Shown: positions 1-7,535 of the stretch, in pieces
Position numbering within the stretch: position 1 is the stretch's first letter
Layout: each line of letters begins with the position of its first letter
Origin: Nitrospinota bacterium
GTDB lineage: Bacteria > UBA8248
Direction of reading: 5' to 3'
Length of the DNA stretch: 17,192 nt
NCBI GenBank assembly: GCA_046581755.1
Contig: JAYGFR010000312.1
Location: 1-17,192 of the forward strand
The notes under the pieces: model-generated
Seen by the model: only the letters and a program-made list of their open reading frames with translations
Databases searched by the model: none
Told to the model about the DNA's origin: nothing
Translations under genes and position numbers: made by a program

Positions 1-149
1 AAATCATATCATAATAGAAGCTTTTCTATATAATTTGCTGCTATTGGATATTTTATCGGTCCGGAGAAGCTCACTTTGGGACTTTTAAGCAGTCTCTACA
101 ATATAAATGAAAGGTCATCGGATATGGTTCAAGCATGCCGACCATGAAA

Positions 150-158
150 TGATATAAT
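150..158 (+). promoter_or_regulatory. Extended -10 sigma70-type promoter element (TGnTATAAT) upstream of the TadG-like gene
   Basis: Exact TG-A-TATAAT at 150-158 at the end of an AT-rich region (1-156). It overlaps the ORF-track ATG at 157, which favours the ATG at 190 as the real start. Confidence 0.5.
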
Positions 159-189
159 GGTCCGGCGCAGAAAAACAGGGGGTTCCGGA

Positions 190-1212
190 ATGGAACGCGG
201 GGTTCCAACAAAACGAATCATCCGGAAATGGATTCGCCGCCTCGCCAGCGATGCGCGGGGACAAACCCTTGTCATCGTCGGGTTGGCGCTTCCCGTCCTC
301 ATCGGAGGAGGAGCGATTGCCGTTGACGTGGGCTACATGTTCGTGGCCAAGGGCGTCATGCAAACGGCGGCGGACGCCGGCGCCCGGGCGGGAGGAGCGA
401 TCCTGGCCCAAGGGGGCACGCAAGGCGAGGCTCAAACCGAGGCCCTCAACTACGTCAACCAAAATTTAAACAGCGTCACCTATCTTACGGGGGCGGTGTC
501 CACGATCACTTTTCCCACCCCCGAATCCGTCAAGGTGAACCTTAGCCACGCGCTTCCCCTGTTTTTCGCCCCCTTCATCAGGGTCGATGCCGTAACCGTC
601 ACCACCGGAGCCACCCCCAAGCTGTTCCCGGTCAGCGCCATCGCGCCGGGCAACCTGGTCCCCTTCGGCATCTATTGCAACAACGCCGCCGGGTGCAGCG
701 GCCAACTCGGCGTATTGCAATCCTTCGCCGGGATGCTCCGCCACTGCGGGAACGTCTTCGGGGCCAGCGGGAGCGCGTGCAACTACAGCCCCAATACTCC
801 TTTGGAGGGCGAAATTTTTCTGACCGGCCTGAGCTTCAACGACAACAACAGCAACGGGGAGCTCAAGGACGAGGTTGAGAACGGCTACTCGGGAACCGCC
901 ACAATCGGGCAGGTCCTGGGCGCCCTGTCGGGAATGCGGCAGGGCTGGCAGCCCGCGATGAGGAACCGCCTGAACGCGGGAGAAAACGAAATGACCTTCA
1001 CGGTTCTCGCGCCCGCCGATCCAGGAAGCGGAACGGTGAAAATCGTCGATTTCGTCCAGGTCCGGATCGACGCATTTCGGTCGGGCTCGGCCAACTCGCA
1101 GGATCAGTTCGACTTCCAGATCATCCCCAGGGCCGTCTCGTCCAACGATTTTGCCACCAGCGACCAGGGGCTGGGCATCGGCTCCGTCCAGGGGGTGCGC
1201 CTGATCCAGTAG
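190..1212 (+). CDS. TadG/TadE-like Flp pilus assembly protein (N-terminal Tad domain plus a C-terminal domain with four Cys)
   Basis: Basic leader followed by RG|QTLVIVGLALPVLIGGGAIAVDVG...MQTAADAGARAGG, the typical Tad N-terminal motif (hydrophobic helix, D-x-G, Q-x-AADAAA-like). Start placed at ATG 190 (AGGGGG upstream); the ORF is open from 157. Confidence 0.85.
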   Translation: MERGVPTKRIIRKWIRRLASDARGQTLVIVGLALPVLIGGGAIAVDVGYMFVAKGVMQTAADAGARAGGAILAQGGTQGEAQTEALNYVNQNLNSVTYLTGAVSTITFPTPESVKVNLSHALPLFFAPFIRVDAVTVTTGATPKLFPVSAIAPGNLVPFGIYCNNAAGCSGQLGVLQSFAGMLRHCGNVFGASGSACNYSPNTPLEGEIFLTGLSFNDNNSNGELKDEVENGYSGTATIGQVLGALSGMRQGWQPAMRNRLNAGENEMTFTVLAPADPGSGTVKIVDFVQVRIDAFRSGSANSQDQFDFQIIPRAVSSNDFATSDQGLGIGSVQGVRLIQ

Positions 1213-1337
1213 GACCCCTCTTTCGGGCAGAGGCGCCGTGCCCGGCGCGCAATTCATCCGGAAAATCCAGGAAAAAAGCTATCCCGGAATTCGAAAAATC
1301 AAATGGAATACAGAAGGGATTGAAACGAGGGACCGGG

Positions 1338-1610
1338 CTAGATCTTTACGCCCTTGCGCCTGAGACCGACCAGGACCGCGAAGATACCCTTTTTGGCGAT
1401 GGTCTTGATCCCGCGCGCGGATATCAGCAAAGTCACCCAGCGCTTTTCCTCGGGAACCCAAAAACGCTTGTTGTGGAGATTCGGCTCAAAGCGCCTCCGG
1501 GTTTTGCGGTGCGAGTGGCTGACCGTGTTGCCGTAGGTGACGGCTTTCCCCGTGACGATGCAGCGGCGGTGCGCCAGAGAGACCTTTGGCGATACTTTTA
1601 GGCGGGCCAT
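1338..1610 (-). CDS. rpmB: 50S ribosomal protein L28 (long form, no Zn ribbon)
   Basis: RRCIVTGKAVTYGNTVSHSHRKTRRRFEPNLHNKRFWVPEEKRWVTLLISARGIKTIAKKGI is a clear L28 signature. Its ATG directly follows the rpmG stop (TAA-ATG). Confidence 0.97.
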   Translation of the reverse strand: MARLKVSPKVSLAHRRCIVTGKAVTYGNTVSHSHRKTRRRFEPNLHNKRFWVPEEKRWVTLLISARGIKTIAKKGIFAVLVGLRRKGVKI

Positions 1611-1760
1611 TTACTTGTTCTCCCTGAACAGCACGTGCTTGCGGCAGAATCGGCAATACTTCTTGAACTCCAGCCGGTCCGGTGTGGCCCGCTTGTTCTT
1701 GGTCGTGGGGTAGCGCATCTTCTTGCACTCGGTGCATTCGAGCAGGATTTTGTCTCGCAT
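1611..1760 (-). CDS. rpmG: 50S ribosomal protein L33 (Zn-ribbon C+ form, 49 aa)
   Basis: [49 protein letters not shown] has two CxxC motifs and the TTKNK and LEFKKYC L33 motifs. True start is ATG at 1760 with a GGATGGGA purine tract upstream; the longer ORF-track start is an artefact. Confidence 0.97.
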   Translation of the reverse strand: MRDKILLECTECKKMRYPTTKNKRATPDRLEFKKYCRFCRKHVLFRENK

Positions 1761-1883
1761 CGAACTCAATTCCCATCCGGAGGGATAATAACAAAAGCCA
1801 TTTCCGGCGGGCTCCGGCGCACCGCCCAAAAAAAGAAGCACTATCCATAAAGGAAAGGGCGGGAAAATTCAACCCCCCCGGGA

Positions 1884-1895
1884 TGAATATATTCA
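1884..1895. promoter_or_regulatory. Perfect 12-bp palindrome TGAATATATTCA in the divergent rpmG / cytochrome c intergenic region; candidate transcription factor site
   Basis: AT-rich perfect dyad embedded in GC-rich flanks. Its TGAA-N4-TTCA core resembles a Rex box core. Confidence 0.35.
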
Positions 1896-2221
1896 CGCCC
1901 CCCGGCGTGCAAACGGCGGAAGGAGCTGATACATAAAGCCTTAGCCTAAAATCCTCACCAAGACACTGAAAATCATGGGGTTGCGAACCAAAGGCCCCAT
2001 GGCAGCAAAGCCCGAAAGCCCTGGCCTGTCTGATGCGCCAATCCGAACCGGGCCGCCAGCGATCGAAATACTTGGCCGTTTGTTGGATTTTTGATTTCCC
2101 CACAACCCAAACTGAATCCGGTTTATAATTCCAGCATTCAATCCTTTCTGCTGCCGATCTATGGGGAACACCTTATGGATTTGCCAAGTTTGCCCGCCCG
2201 CCTTCCGGTGAAATTTATCCG

Positions 2222-2677
2222 ATGATTTTTCGTGAAAATGGCTCGAAGAAACCGGCGAGATTTTTCTATGTCCTTCTTTGCCTCGTTCTAACCGCCGCGG
2301 GATTTTGCGCCTCGGCGGAGGGGACATCAAAACTTTCCCGCGCGGAGGGGGCGAGACTGGGGAAAAAGGTCAAGGGAATATTTGAGAAAAAGTGCGCCAG
2401 GTGCCACACCCCCGATGGATCGGATAGAGAAAAATACAAGAACGAGGTGGATATCGATTTTATCCTGAATCTGAAGAAACTGGCATCGAACCTGGACATT
2501 ATTAGCCCGGGAGATCCGAGAGGGTCCGGACTTTACCCCCAGGTGGAAGACAGCAGCATGCCGTATTCCGATACGGGAGAGAATCATCTCCCAAAGGAAG
2601 AAAAGAGCATCATCGAGAAATGGATCAAAGCGGGCGCACCCGATGAAAAAGGGGATCTCGTCCCGGCCGCCCCGTGA
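2222..2677 (+). CDS. Exported mono-heme c-type cytochrome (planctomycete cytochrome C-like domain)
   Basis: Signal peptide (KK..RFFYVLLCLVLTAAGFCASA), CARCH heme motif at 2393-2407, then ISPGDPRGSGLY...SMP...LPKEEKSIIEKWIKAGAP, matching the PGDP..S / MP / I..WI..GA pattern of this family. Confidence 0.85.
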   Translation: MIFRENGSKKPARFFYVLLCLVLTAAGFCASAEGTSKLSRAEGARLGKKVKGIFEKKCARCHTPDGSDREKYKNEVDIDFILNLKKLASNLDIISPGDPRGSGLYPQVEDSSMPYSDTGENHLPKEEKSIIEKWIKAGAPDEKGDLVPAAP

Positions 2678-2895
2678 TGCGTACCCAATAATCGCGCGTA
2701 CCAGAGATTATAATACGCGGCAGCGCCGGTTTATGCTCCCTTTTCACAAAAGGTACGTCATGGGAAACGTCCAAACGAGCACGATAGATGGCCTCTGCTT
2801 CCTTCATACCCCCAAATAGGCACCAAGCACCCCTTCGCAGAAATTGGATACTTGTGTGCTGCGGGGATACTTGAATCCTATTTTAACAATTCGGC

Positions 2896-3879
2896 CTAGG
2901 TCGGCTTTTTAAAACTGCCCTCGACCGGGAGGTCCTCGCCGGCGCCAGCGGCCTTGGCCCGCTTGTAAATCTCGGCCCCGATGGCCACGTCCTCGATTCC
3001 GACCCCCTGGCTGACGAACATGTTGATCTCGTCCGCCGAGGCGCGGCCCGGCATTTTCCCCGAGGCGATCTGGCCGATCTCGACCACCTGGCCCCAGTCG
3101 ATGGCGCGGGCGGCGACGGCCCGGATCAGGTCACCGCTTTCGATCCGCGCGCCCTCGAGGCTGTCGGTCGCGATGCGGCCCCTGGCGGCCCGGCGGAAAG
3201 TCTCATCGTCCACCTCGCGGTTCGCCGCCCGGTTGGAGCCGGCCGGAATGACGGTGGTTCCGGGTTCGAGATCGTTTCCGTCGAAAACCGGCTCGCGCGC
3301 GGTGGTCATCGTGCAGACGATCTGGGAGCCGCGGACGGCCTCGGCGGGCGTCTCGACGGGCACGAGCTCGGCCGGGACGGCGTCCTTCATCTTGTCCACG
3401 AACTTCTCGCGCTTCTCGGCGCTCCGGCTATAAATTTTCACCCGCTCGAGCGGGCGCGCACAGCACAGCGCCTCGAGCTGGGCGCGGGCCTGCCAGCCGG
3501 TGCCGAAGAGCCCGGCCTCGGTGGCGTCCTCGCGCGCCATGTAGCGCGCCCCCACCCCGCTGGCCGCGCCGGTTCTGATCTGCCCCAGGATGTTGGCCTC
3601 CATGAACGCCAAAAGCTCGGCCGAATTCGAATCCCAGAGCAGGAAAATAAAGCGGACCCCGATGCCCGGAAAGGTGGAGTAGGCCTTGAGGCCGAAATAG
3701 CCCTGGCCGGGCAGGCCGCCGTACATCACCTGGAGGGCGCCCTTGGGCATGATCAGCCGCCTTCGCGGCTGGTTGGGCGCCAGGCCCTCGCCCTGGGCCT
3801 GGAAGGCCGCATCGACGAGGTCGAGTACGTCCTTCATCTGGATCAGAGATTTGATGTCGGTCTCATTCAGGTAAAGCAT
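2896..3879 (-). CDS. Ornithine cyclodeaminase / mu-crystallin family protein (imine reductase or alanine dehydrogenase-like)
   Basis: Motifs QPR, GLK, RTGAASGVGARYMAR, Rossmann GTGWQARAQ, C-terminal SQGVGIEDVA; 327 aa; GGGGAAGGA ribosome-binding site. Confidence 0.93.
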   Translation of the reverse strand: MLYLNETDIKSLIQMKDVLDLVDAAFQAQGEGLAPNQPRRRLIMPKGALQVMYGGLPGQGYFGLKAYSTFPGIGVRFIFLLWDSNSAELLAFMEANILGQIRTGAASGVGARYMAREDATEAGLFGTGWQARAQLEALCCARPLERVKIYSRSAEKREKFVDKMKDAVPAELVPVETPAEAVRGSQIVCTMTTAREPVFDGNDLEPGTTVIPAGSNRAANREVDDETFRRAARGRIATDSLEGARIESGDLIRAVAARAIDWGQVVEIGQIASGKMPGRASADEINMFVSQGVGIEDVAIGAEIYKRAKAAGAGEDLPVEGSFKKPT

Positions 3880-3940
3880 ATCCTTCCCCTTCTATTTTTA
3901 TGATGACGGTAAAACCGCCCGGAAAAATTCGGTCCCTCGT

Positions 3941-5206
3941 TCAGGCGCCCGCCGATTCGAGCGCCACGCTGCAAAACGTCACCGTCCCGCCCGGATCGGG
4001 CCACTGGCTGTAGCGGAGGACCTCCCCCCGGCATCCCTCCAGGGCCCTTAGCATGGTGTAGATGGGCGCGAGGCCGCACACGTTCCTGGCGTCGCCGTCC
4101 TCCGCCACGCTCCAGTAAAACGCCTCGGCGTCCCCGCGGCATACGGCATCGAGGGAGGCGCGGTCGGCCTCCTCCAGGGCGCGGAGCTGCCCCTCGTCCA
4201 CGGGTTTTTCGTCCCCGAACTGGGGCCCCACGTGGGCCAGATCGACGCTGGCCAGGAGACACACCCTCCGGCCCGCGGCCTCGGCCTCAAATTCGGCCAC
4301 CACCCCCTTGAGCGCCTCGATAAAACCCTCGACCTCCGCGTCCCCTTCGGGGGAGCGGCCCTCGGCGACGAAGTTCCCGAACGAGCCCACCAGGACGGGC
4401 ACGAACCGGACCGGCTTGGGCTCGGGATAAAGATACCGGAGAAACACCGCCTGAAACTCTATCGAATGCTCGCCGCGCTGGGCGAATTCGTCCTCGAAAA
4501 GATCCCCCGGCGCGCGCCGGACCAGGGCGTCCACGAAGCTGGCATCCACCTCCAGGGCGCCCAGCGGGGTCTCGAAGCTTTTCCGCGTGAGGGTGTACAT
4601 CCCCCGCGTGGGGGCGTGGACCGTCCCGAGGACGACGAAGACATCCGCCGCCGCCCGGTCGGCGAGCGCCCGGTAGCTCCAGGCGAAAGCCGGGCCGCCG
4701 CGCTGAAAATCGATGTGGGGCGCCACCAGCCCCCGCAGGGGAGAGCCGCCCGCGCCGCCATTGGGCGGGGGGAGCCCCGGCCCGTCCGCATCGGTGAAAA
4801 AGCTGTCGATTTGGCTTCGCAGCGCCGCCGGATCGGCATCGTAGCTCTTGCCCGCAAGATAGCTCGGCCGCACCGCCGCGTCGAGATAAGATTGCTCCAC
4901 CCGGCGCTGCCAGGCCTCGAACTCCTCGCCGCCGAGAAAATGCGCCTGCTCCAGGAGAGAGAATACGTTGCGGATATTTTCGGCGGGAATTTCCAACTTG
5001 AACTCCGTCCGGATTTCCCGGCGGATCTCCTCGAGGGTGTGCGATCCGTCGAGCCGCTGAAGGACGGGAACCAGGCTCATCGGAACGACGAGAGTCTCAT
5101 CGCTCAGGTGGAGCGAGTCGCGCAGCAAGAGGACGTTTTGCCCTTCATGCTCGGTGGGGATGATCTCAAGGGACCTCAGGCGGGGCCGCCAATTTTCCCG
5201 ATCCAC
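3941..5206 (-). CDS. Memo / AmmeMemoRadiSam system protein B, long form with N-terminal PqqD/RRE-like winged-helix extension
   Basis: Memo motifs R...AG..Y, VAPHID, LGTVH, FETPLG, EHSIE, SVDLAHVG, NVCG. Start placed at GTG 5206 behind AAAGGAG; the ORF is open to 5233. Confidence 0.9.
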   Translation of the reverse strand: MDRENWRPRLRSLEIIPTEHEGQNVLLLRDSLHLSDETLVVPMSLVPVLQRLDGSHTLEEIRREIRTEFKLEIPAENIRNVFSLLEQAHFLGGEEFEAWQRRVEQSYLDAAVRPSYLAGKSYDADPAALRSQIDSFFTDADGPGLPPPNGGAGGSPLRGLVAPHIDFQRGGPAFAWSYRALADRAAADVFVVLGTVHAPTRGMYTLTRKSFETPLGALEVDASFVDALVRRAPGDLFEDEFAQRGEHSIEFQAVFLRYLYPEPKPVRFVPVLVGSFGNFVAEGRSPEGDAEVEGFIEALKGVVAEFEAEAAGRRVCLLASVDLAHVGPQFGDEKPVDEGQLRALEEADRASLDAVCRGDAEAFYWSVAEDGDARNVCGLAPIYTMLRALEGCRGEVLRYSQWPDPGGTVTFCSVALESAGA

Positions 5207-5220
5207 GAACTCTCCTTTTG

Positions 5221-5261
5221 AGGAAATCTCCAAAAAACCCCAGGAAATCTCAAAACAACCC
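5221..5261. repeat. Imperfect tandem repeat with 21-bp period (AGGAAATCTC at 5221-5230 and 5242-5251)
   Basis: aggaaatctccaaaaaacccc / aggaaatctcaaaacaaccc, directly upstream of the Memo ribosome-binding site. Confidence 0.6.
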
Positions 5262-5291
5262 GCGCCCGGGAATCATAAGCGCCGGGGCGGG
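5252..5291 (-). terminator. Possible intrinsic terminator after the MFS gene
   Basis: Minus strand CCCGCCCCGG, 12-nt loop, CCGGGCGCGGG (one bulge), then TTGTTTT; 16 nt after the MFS stop codon. Confidence 0.45.
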
Positions 5292-5307
5292 GCCGCGCCA
5301 TCTCTCC

Positions 5308-6564
5308 CTAACCCGCGCGGCGGCCCAGGCTGGGCGCGGTCACGAGCGAGAGAATCGTCGCGGCCGCGAGGATATAGAGCACCGGGGCGAAATCGCCCAC
5401 CGCGTCCCGGATGATGCCCGCCGCCCAGGGGCCAAGGAACCCGCCGAAATATCCCAGGCCGATGATCATCCCCCCCGCCTGGCCCGCCGATTCGGCGGGC
5501 ACCGCCCGCGCCGGATACCCCATGCACAGGACAAACCAGAAGCTCAGCGCAAACCCAATGAGGATAACCGCCCACGCGGCGGTCCAGCCGCCCGGCAGGG
5601 TGAGCGCCACGAGCGCGGCCGCTGTCGCAAGCGTGCAGATGACGGTGAACCGCGCCACCCCCCCCACGGCGGGAGCGATCTTGTGGGCGGTCAAAACGGC
5701 CACCACCCCCAGCCAGGCCAGCAGCGAGACGATCAGCCCCGCCTGGGCGAGCGGCCAGCCTTTTGTCCGCAATATCGTCGGAAACCAGCCGATGCCGGTA
5801 TAAAAAATGACGTTGTTGAGAAACAGCGCCGCCGTCACGGCCCAGACGGGGCGGCTGCGCCATACGGAGAACGCGGCCCCGGCGCCGGGTCCGCCCCCCC
5901 GCGCCTCAGGTTCATCCCGCGCCCCGGGCTCATCCCGCGTCCCGGGCGCAACCGGGTTCACCGCCATGGTCCGCCCACATGCCCGCTCCCAAAGGATAAA
6001 AGTCAGCAAAAGAGCGAACGCCCAAGCGAGGTAGCCCCCGCGCCAACCGGCTCCGCCCCGGGCAAACGGCACCTCCCCCAAAAACGCCGCCAGGTAGCCG
6101 CTCAGGGCCACCCCCATCGCGGCGCCCGTGACCACCGCCGCCGTGTAGAAGGCCGCCGCGGCCTCCCGCCTTTCCGGAGGCGCCGTCTCCCTCGCCACCT
6201 TGGGCAAGATCGGAAAAATCACGCCCGCGCCCGCCCCGACCAGCGCGATGCCCGCCGCCAGCGGCCACAGCCCGGTGGACCACACCCGGATCAACCCACC
6301 CGCCAAAACCAGGGTCGCGCCCAGGCGCGCCATCTTCGCAACGCCCAGCCGATCGACGAAGATGCCTCCGGTGAGCGCGAACAAAGTAATCAGCGGAAAC
6401 GGCACGGAAAGAAGGAACCCGCCCTGCGAATAGCTCAGGCCGAGATCGGCCCGGATCACCTCGACGAGACCGCTGGTGGAAACGAGGGAGCCGAAAACCG
6501 CCCACGTCAGGAAGCACACCGCCGCCAGGGGCACGAACCAGCGGGGGCGGGCATCCGCCTTCAC
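5308..6564 (-). CDS. MFS transporter, CynX/NimT-like
   Basis: About 12 hydrophobic segments, IRADLGLS...GFL, motif A GIFVDRLG, WFPTIL, C-terminal GYFGGFLGPWAAGIIRD. Start placed at GTG 6564, overlapping the upstream TGA (GTGA). Confidence 0.88.
   Translation of the reverse strand: MKADARPRWFVPLAAVCFLTWAVFGSLVSTSGLVEVIRADLGLSYSQGGFLLSVPFPLITLFALTGGIFVDRLGVAKMARLGATLVLAGGLIRVWSTGLWPLAAGIALVGAGAGVIFPILPKVARETAPPERREAAAAFYTAAVVTGAAMGVALSGYLAAFLGEVPFARGGAGWRGGYLAWAFALLLTFILWERACGRTMAVNPVAPGTRDEPGARDEPEARGGGPGAGAAFSVWRSRPVWAVTAALFLNNVIFYTGIGWFPTILRTKGWPLAQAGLIVSLLAWLGVVAVLTAHKIAPAVGGVARFTVICTLATAAALVALTLPGGWTAAWAVILIGFALSFWFVLCMGYPARAVPAESAGQAGGMIIGLGYFGGFLGPWAAGIIRDAVGDFAPVLYILAAATILSLVTAPSLGRRAG
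5912..5947. repeat. 18-bp tandem duplication in the MFS central loop (RDEPGA-like units)
   Basis: tcatcccgcgccccgggc / tcatcccgcgtcccgggc, plus a degenerate third copy at 5898-5911. Confidence 0.75.
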
Positions 6565-7514
6565 GCGGAGATATCCAACAGGCGGGCCGCGTTGCCGCCC
6601 ATCCATTTTTCGGTGACCTCGGCCTTGAGGGGCAGCGCCCGCGCCTCATCGGCGATCTCCTCGAGGCTCATCGGCATGAGCGGCCAATCCGTCCCGAACA
6701 GCACCTTGTCCTTCAGGACCGAGTTTCCAAAATGAAGGAGCATCTCCCACCCCGAGTTCGGGGTGGCCAGATACTTCCACCGGTGGCCCGAGGGGTCGAT
6801 GTAGAGATTCGGGTGCCGCCAGGCGGCGGCCACTATCTCGGGAACCCAGGGCCACCCGCCATGGCCGGCGATAACCTTCAACTCCGGCATCTCGCCGCAC
6901 AACCGATCCAGGGCCAGCGGGCGGCCCAGCTCCATGGGATGGGCCTGGGCCCAGTTCACCGAGGTGTGAATCCAGACCGGGACATTCAGCTCAACGCATT
7001 TCCTGTAGATTGGCCGGTAGGCCGAATCGTCGGCGGGAATGAGGTGGAGAAACGGGCACAGCAGCGCCCCATGAAGGCCCAGTTCCTTCACTCCCCGCTC
7101 GAGGGTGCGCGCGGCGTCTTCTTTATTGGGGTCCAGGCCGATCATCGCGAGGAGGCGGCCCGGACATTCATTCACAGCATCCGAAAGAACCTGGGGGTCC
7201 AACGGCGCCGCTCCGGTGGTCGTCTCCTGATCGATGCTGAATACGACCGACACATCGTATCCGGCCTCGTCCATCTCCAAGACGAATTGGCTCGCCCCCC
7301 GGGCCTGGCGGGCGGCGACTTCTTCGATGAACGCCCCGACCTCAAAATCCGGGCGGCCCTTCACCCGACGGAGAAACTCCTCCTCGTCTACCCCGCAAAA
7401 CCGTGAAATCCCCCGGGCGAACATCAGAAAATATCCGGGGATGGCCGCCCACCCCGACAATCTGGCGCGGAAGGAGGGCTCTACCGGAAGGAAACTGCAG
7501 ATATCAACGAGCAT
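6561..7514 (-). CDS. Amidohydrolase-2 family TIM-barrel protein
   Basis: YRPIYRKCVELNVPVWIHT, GRPLALD, PELKVIAGHGGWPW, HPNLYID, KVLFGTDWP, KWMGGNAARLL. The N-terminal strand reads VDICSF instead of IDxHxH. Confidence 0.92.
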   Translation of the reverse strand: MLVDICSFLPVEPSFRARLSGWAAIPGYFLMFARGISRFCGVDEEEFLRRVKGRPDFEVGAFIEEVAARQARGASQFVLEMDEAGYDVSVVFSIDQETTTGAAPLDPQVLSDAVNECPGRLLAMIGLDPNKEDAARTLERGVKELGLHGALLCPFLHLIPADDSAYRPIYRKCVELNVPVWIHTSVNWAQAHPMELGRPLALDRLCGEMPELKVIAGHGGWPWVPEIVAAAWRHPNLYIDPSGHRWKYLATPNSGWEMLLHFGNSVLKDKVLFGTDWPLMPMSLEEIADEARALPLKAEVTEKWMGGNAARLLDISA

Positions 7515-7535
7515 CGATCCCCCCCGCTTCCCGCC

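Noticed and set aside
1213..1337. Intrinsic terminator between the Tad gene and rpmB
   Set aside because: Short hairpins exist (GCGCCG-TGCC-CGGCGC), but neither strand has a properly placed U-tract.
1781..1860. Zur/Fur box or attenuator upstream of rpmG
   Set aside because: GATAATAAC...CATTTC has poor dyad symmetry. The GGCGG/CCGCC hairpin has its T-run on the wrong side for termination.
1995..2200. c-di-GMP-I riboswitch-like words (GCAAAG, CGAAAG, GGCAAA) and a sigma54-like TGGC-N7-ATGC at 2022-2036
   Set aside because: Riboswitch elements are out of order and lack the stems. The sigma54 match deviates at several positions and could be chance.
2625..2807. 60-aa minus-strand ORF as a small protein or RiPP precursor
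   Set aside because: Overlaps the cytochrome 3' end, with no recognisable motif or leader/core pattern. It cannot be supported from sequence alone.
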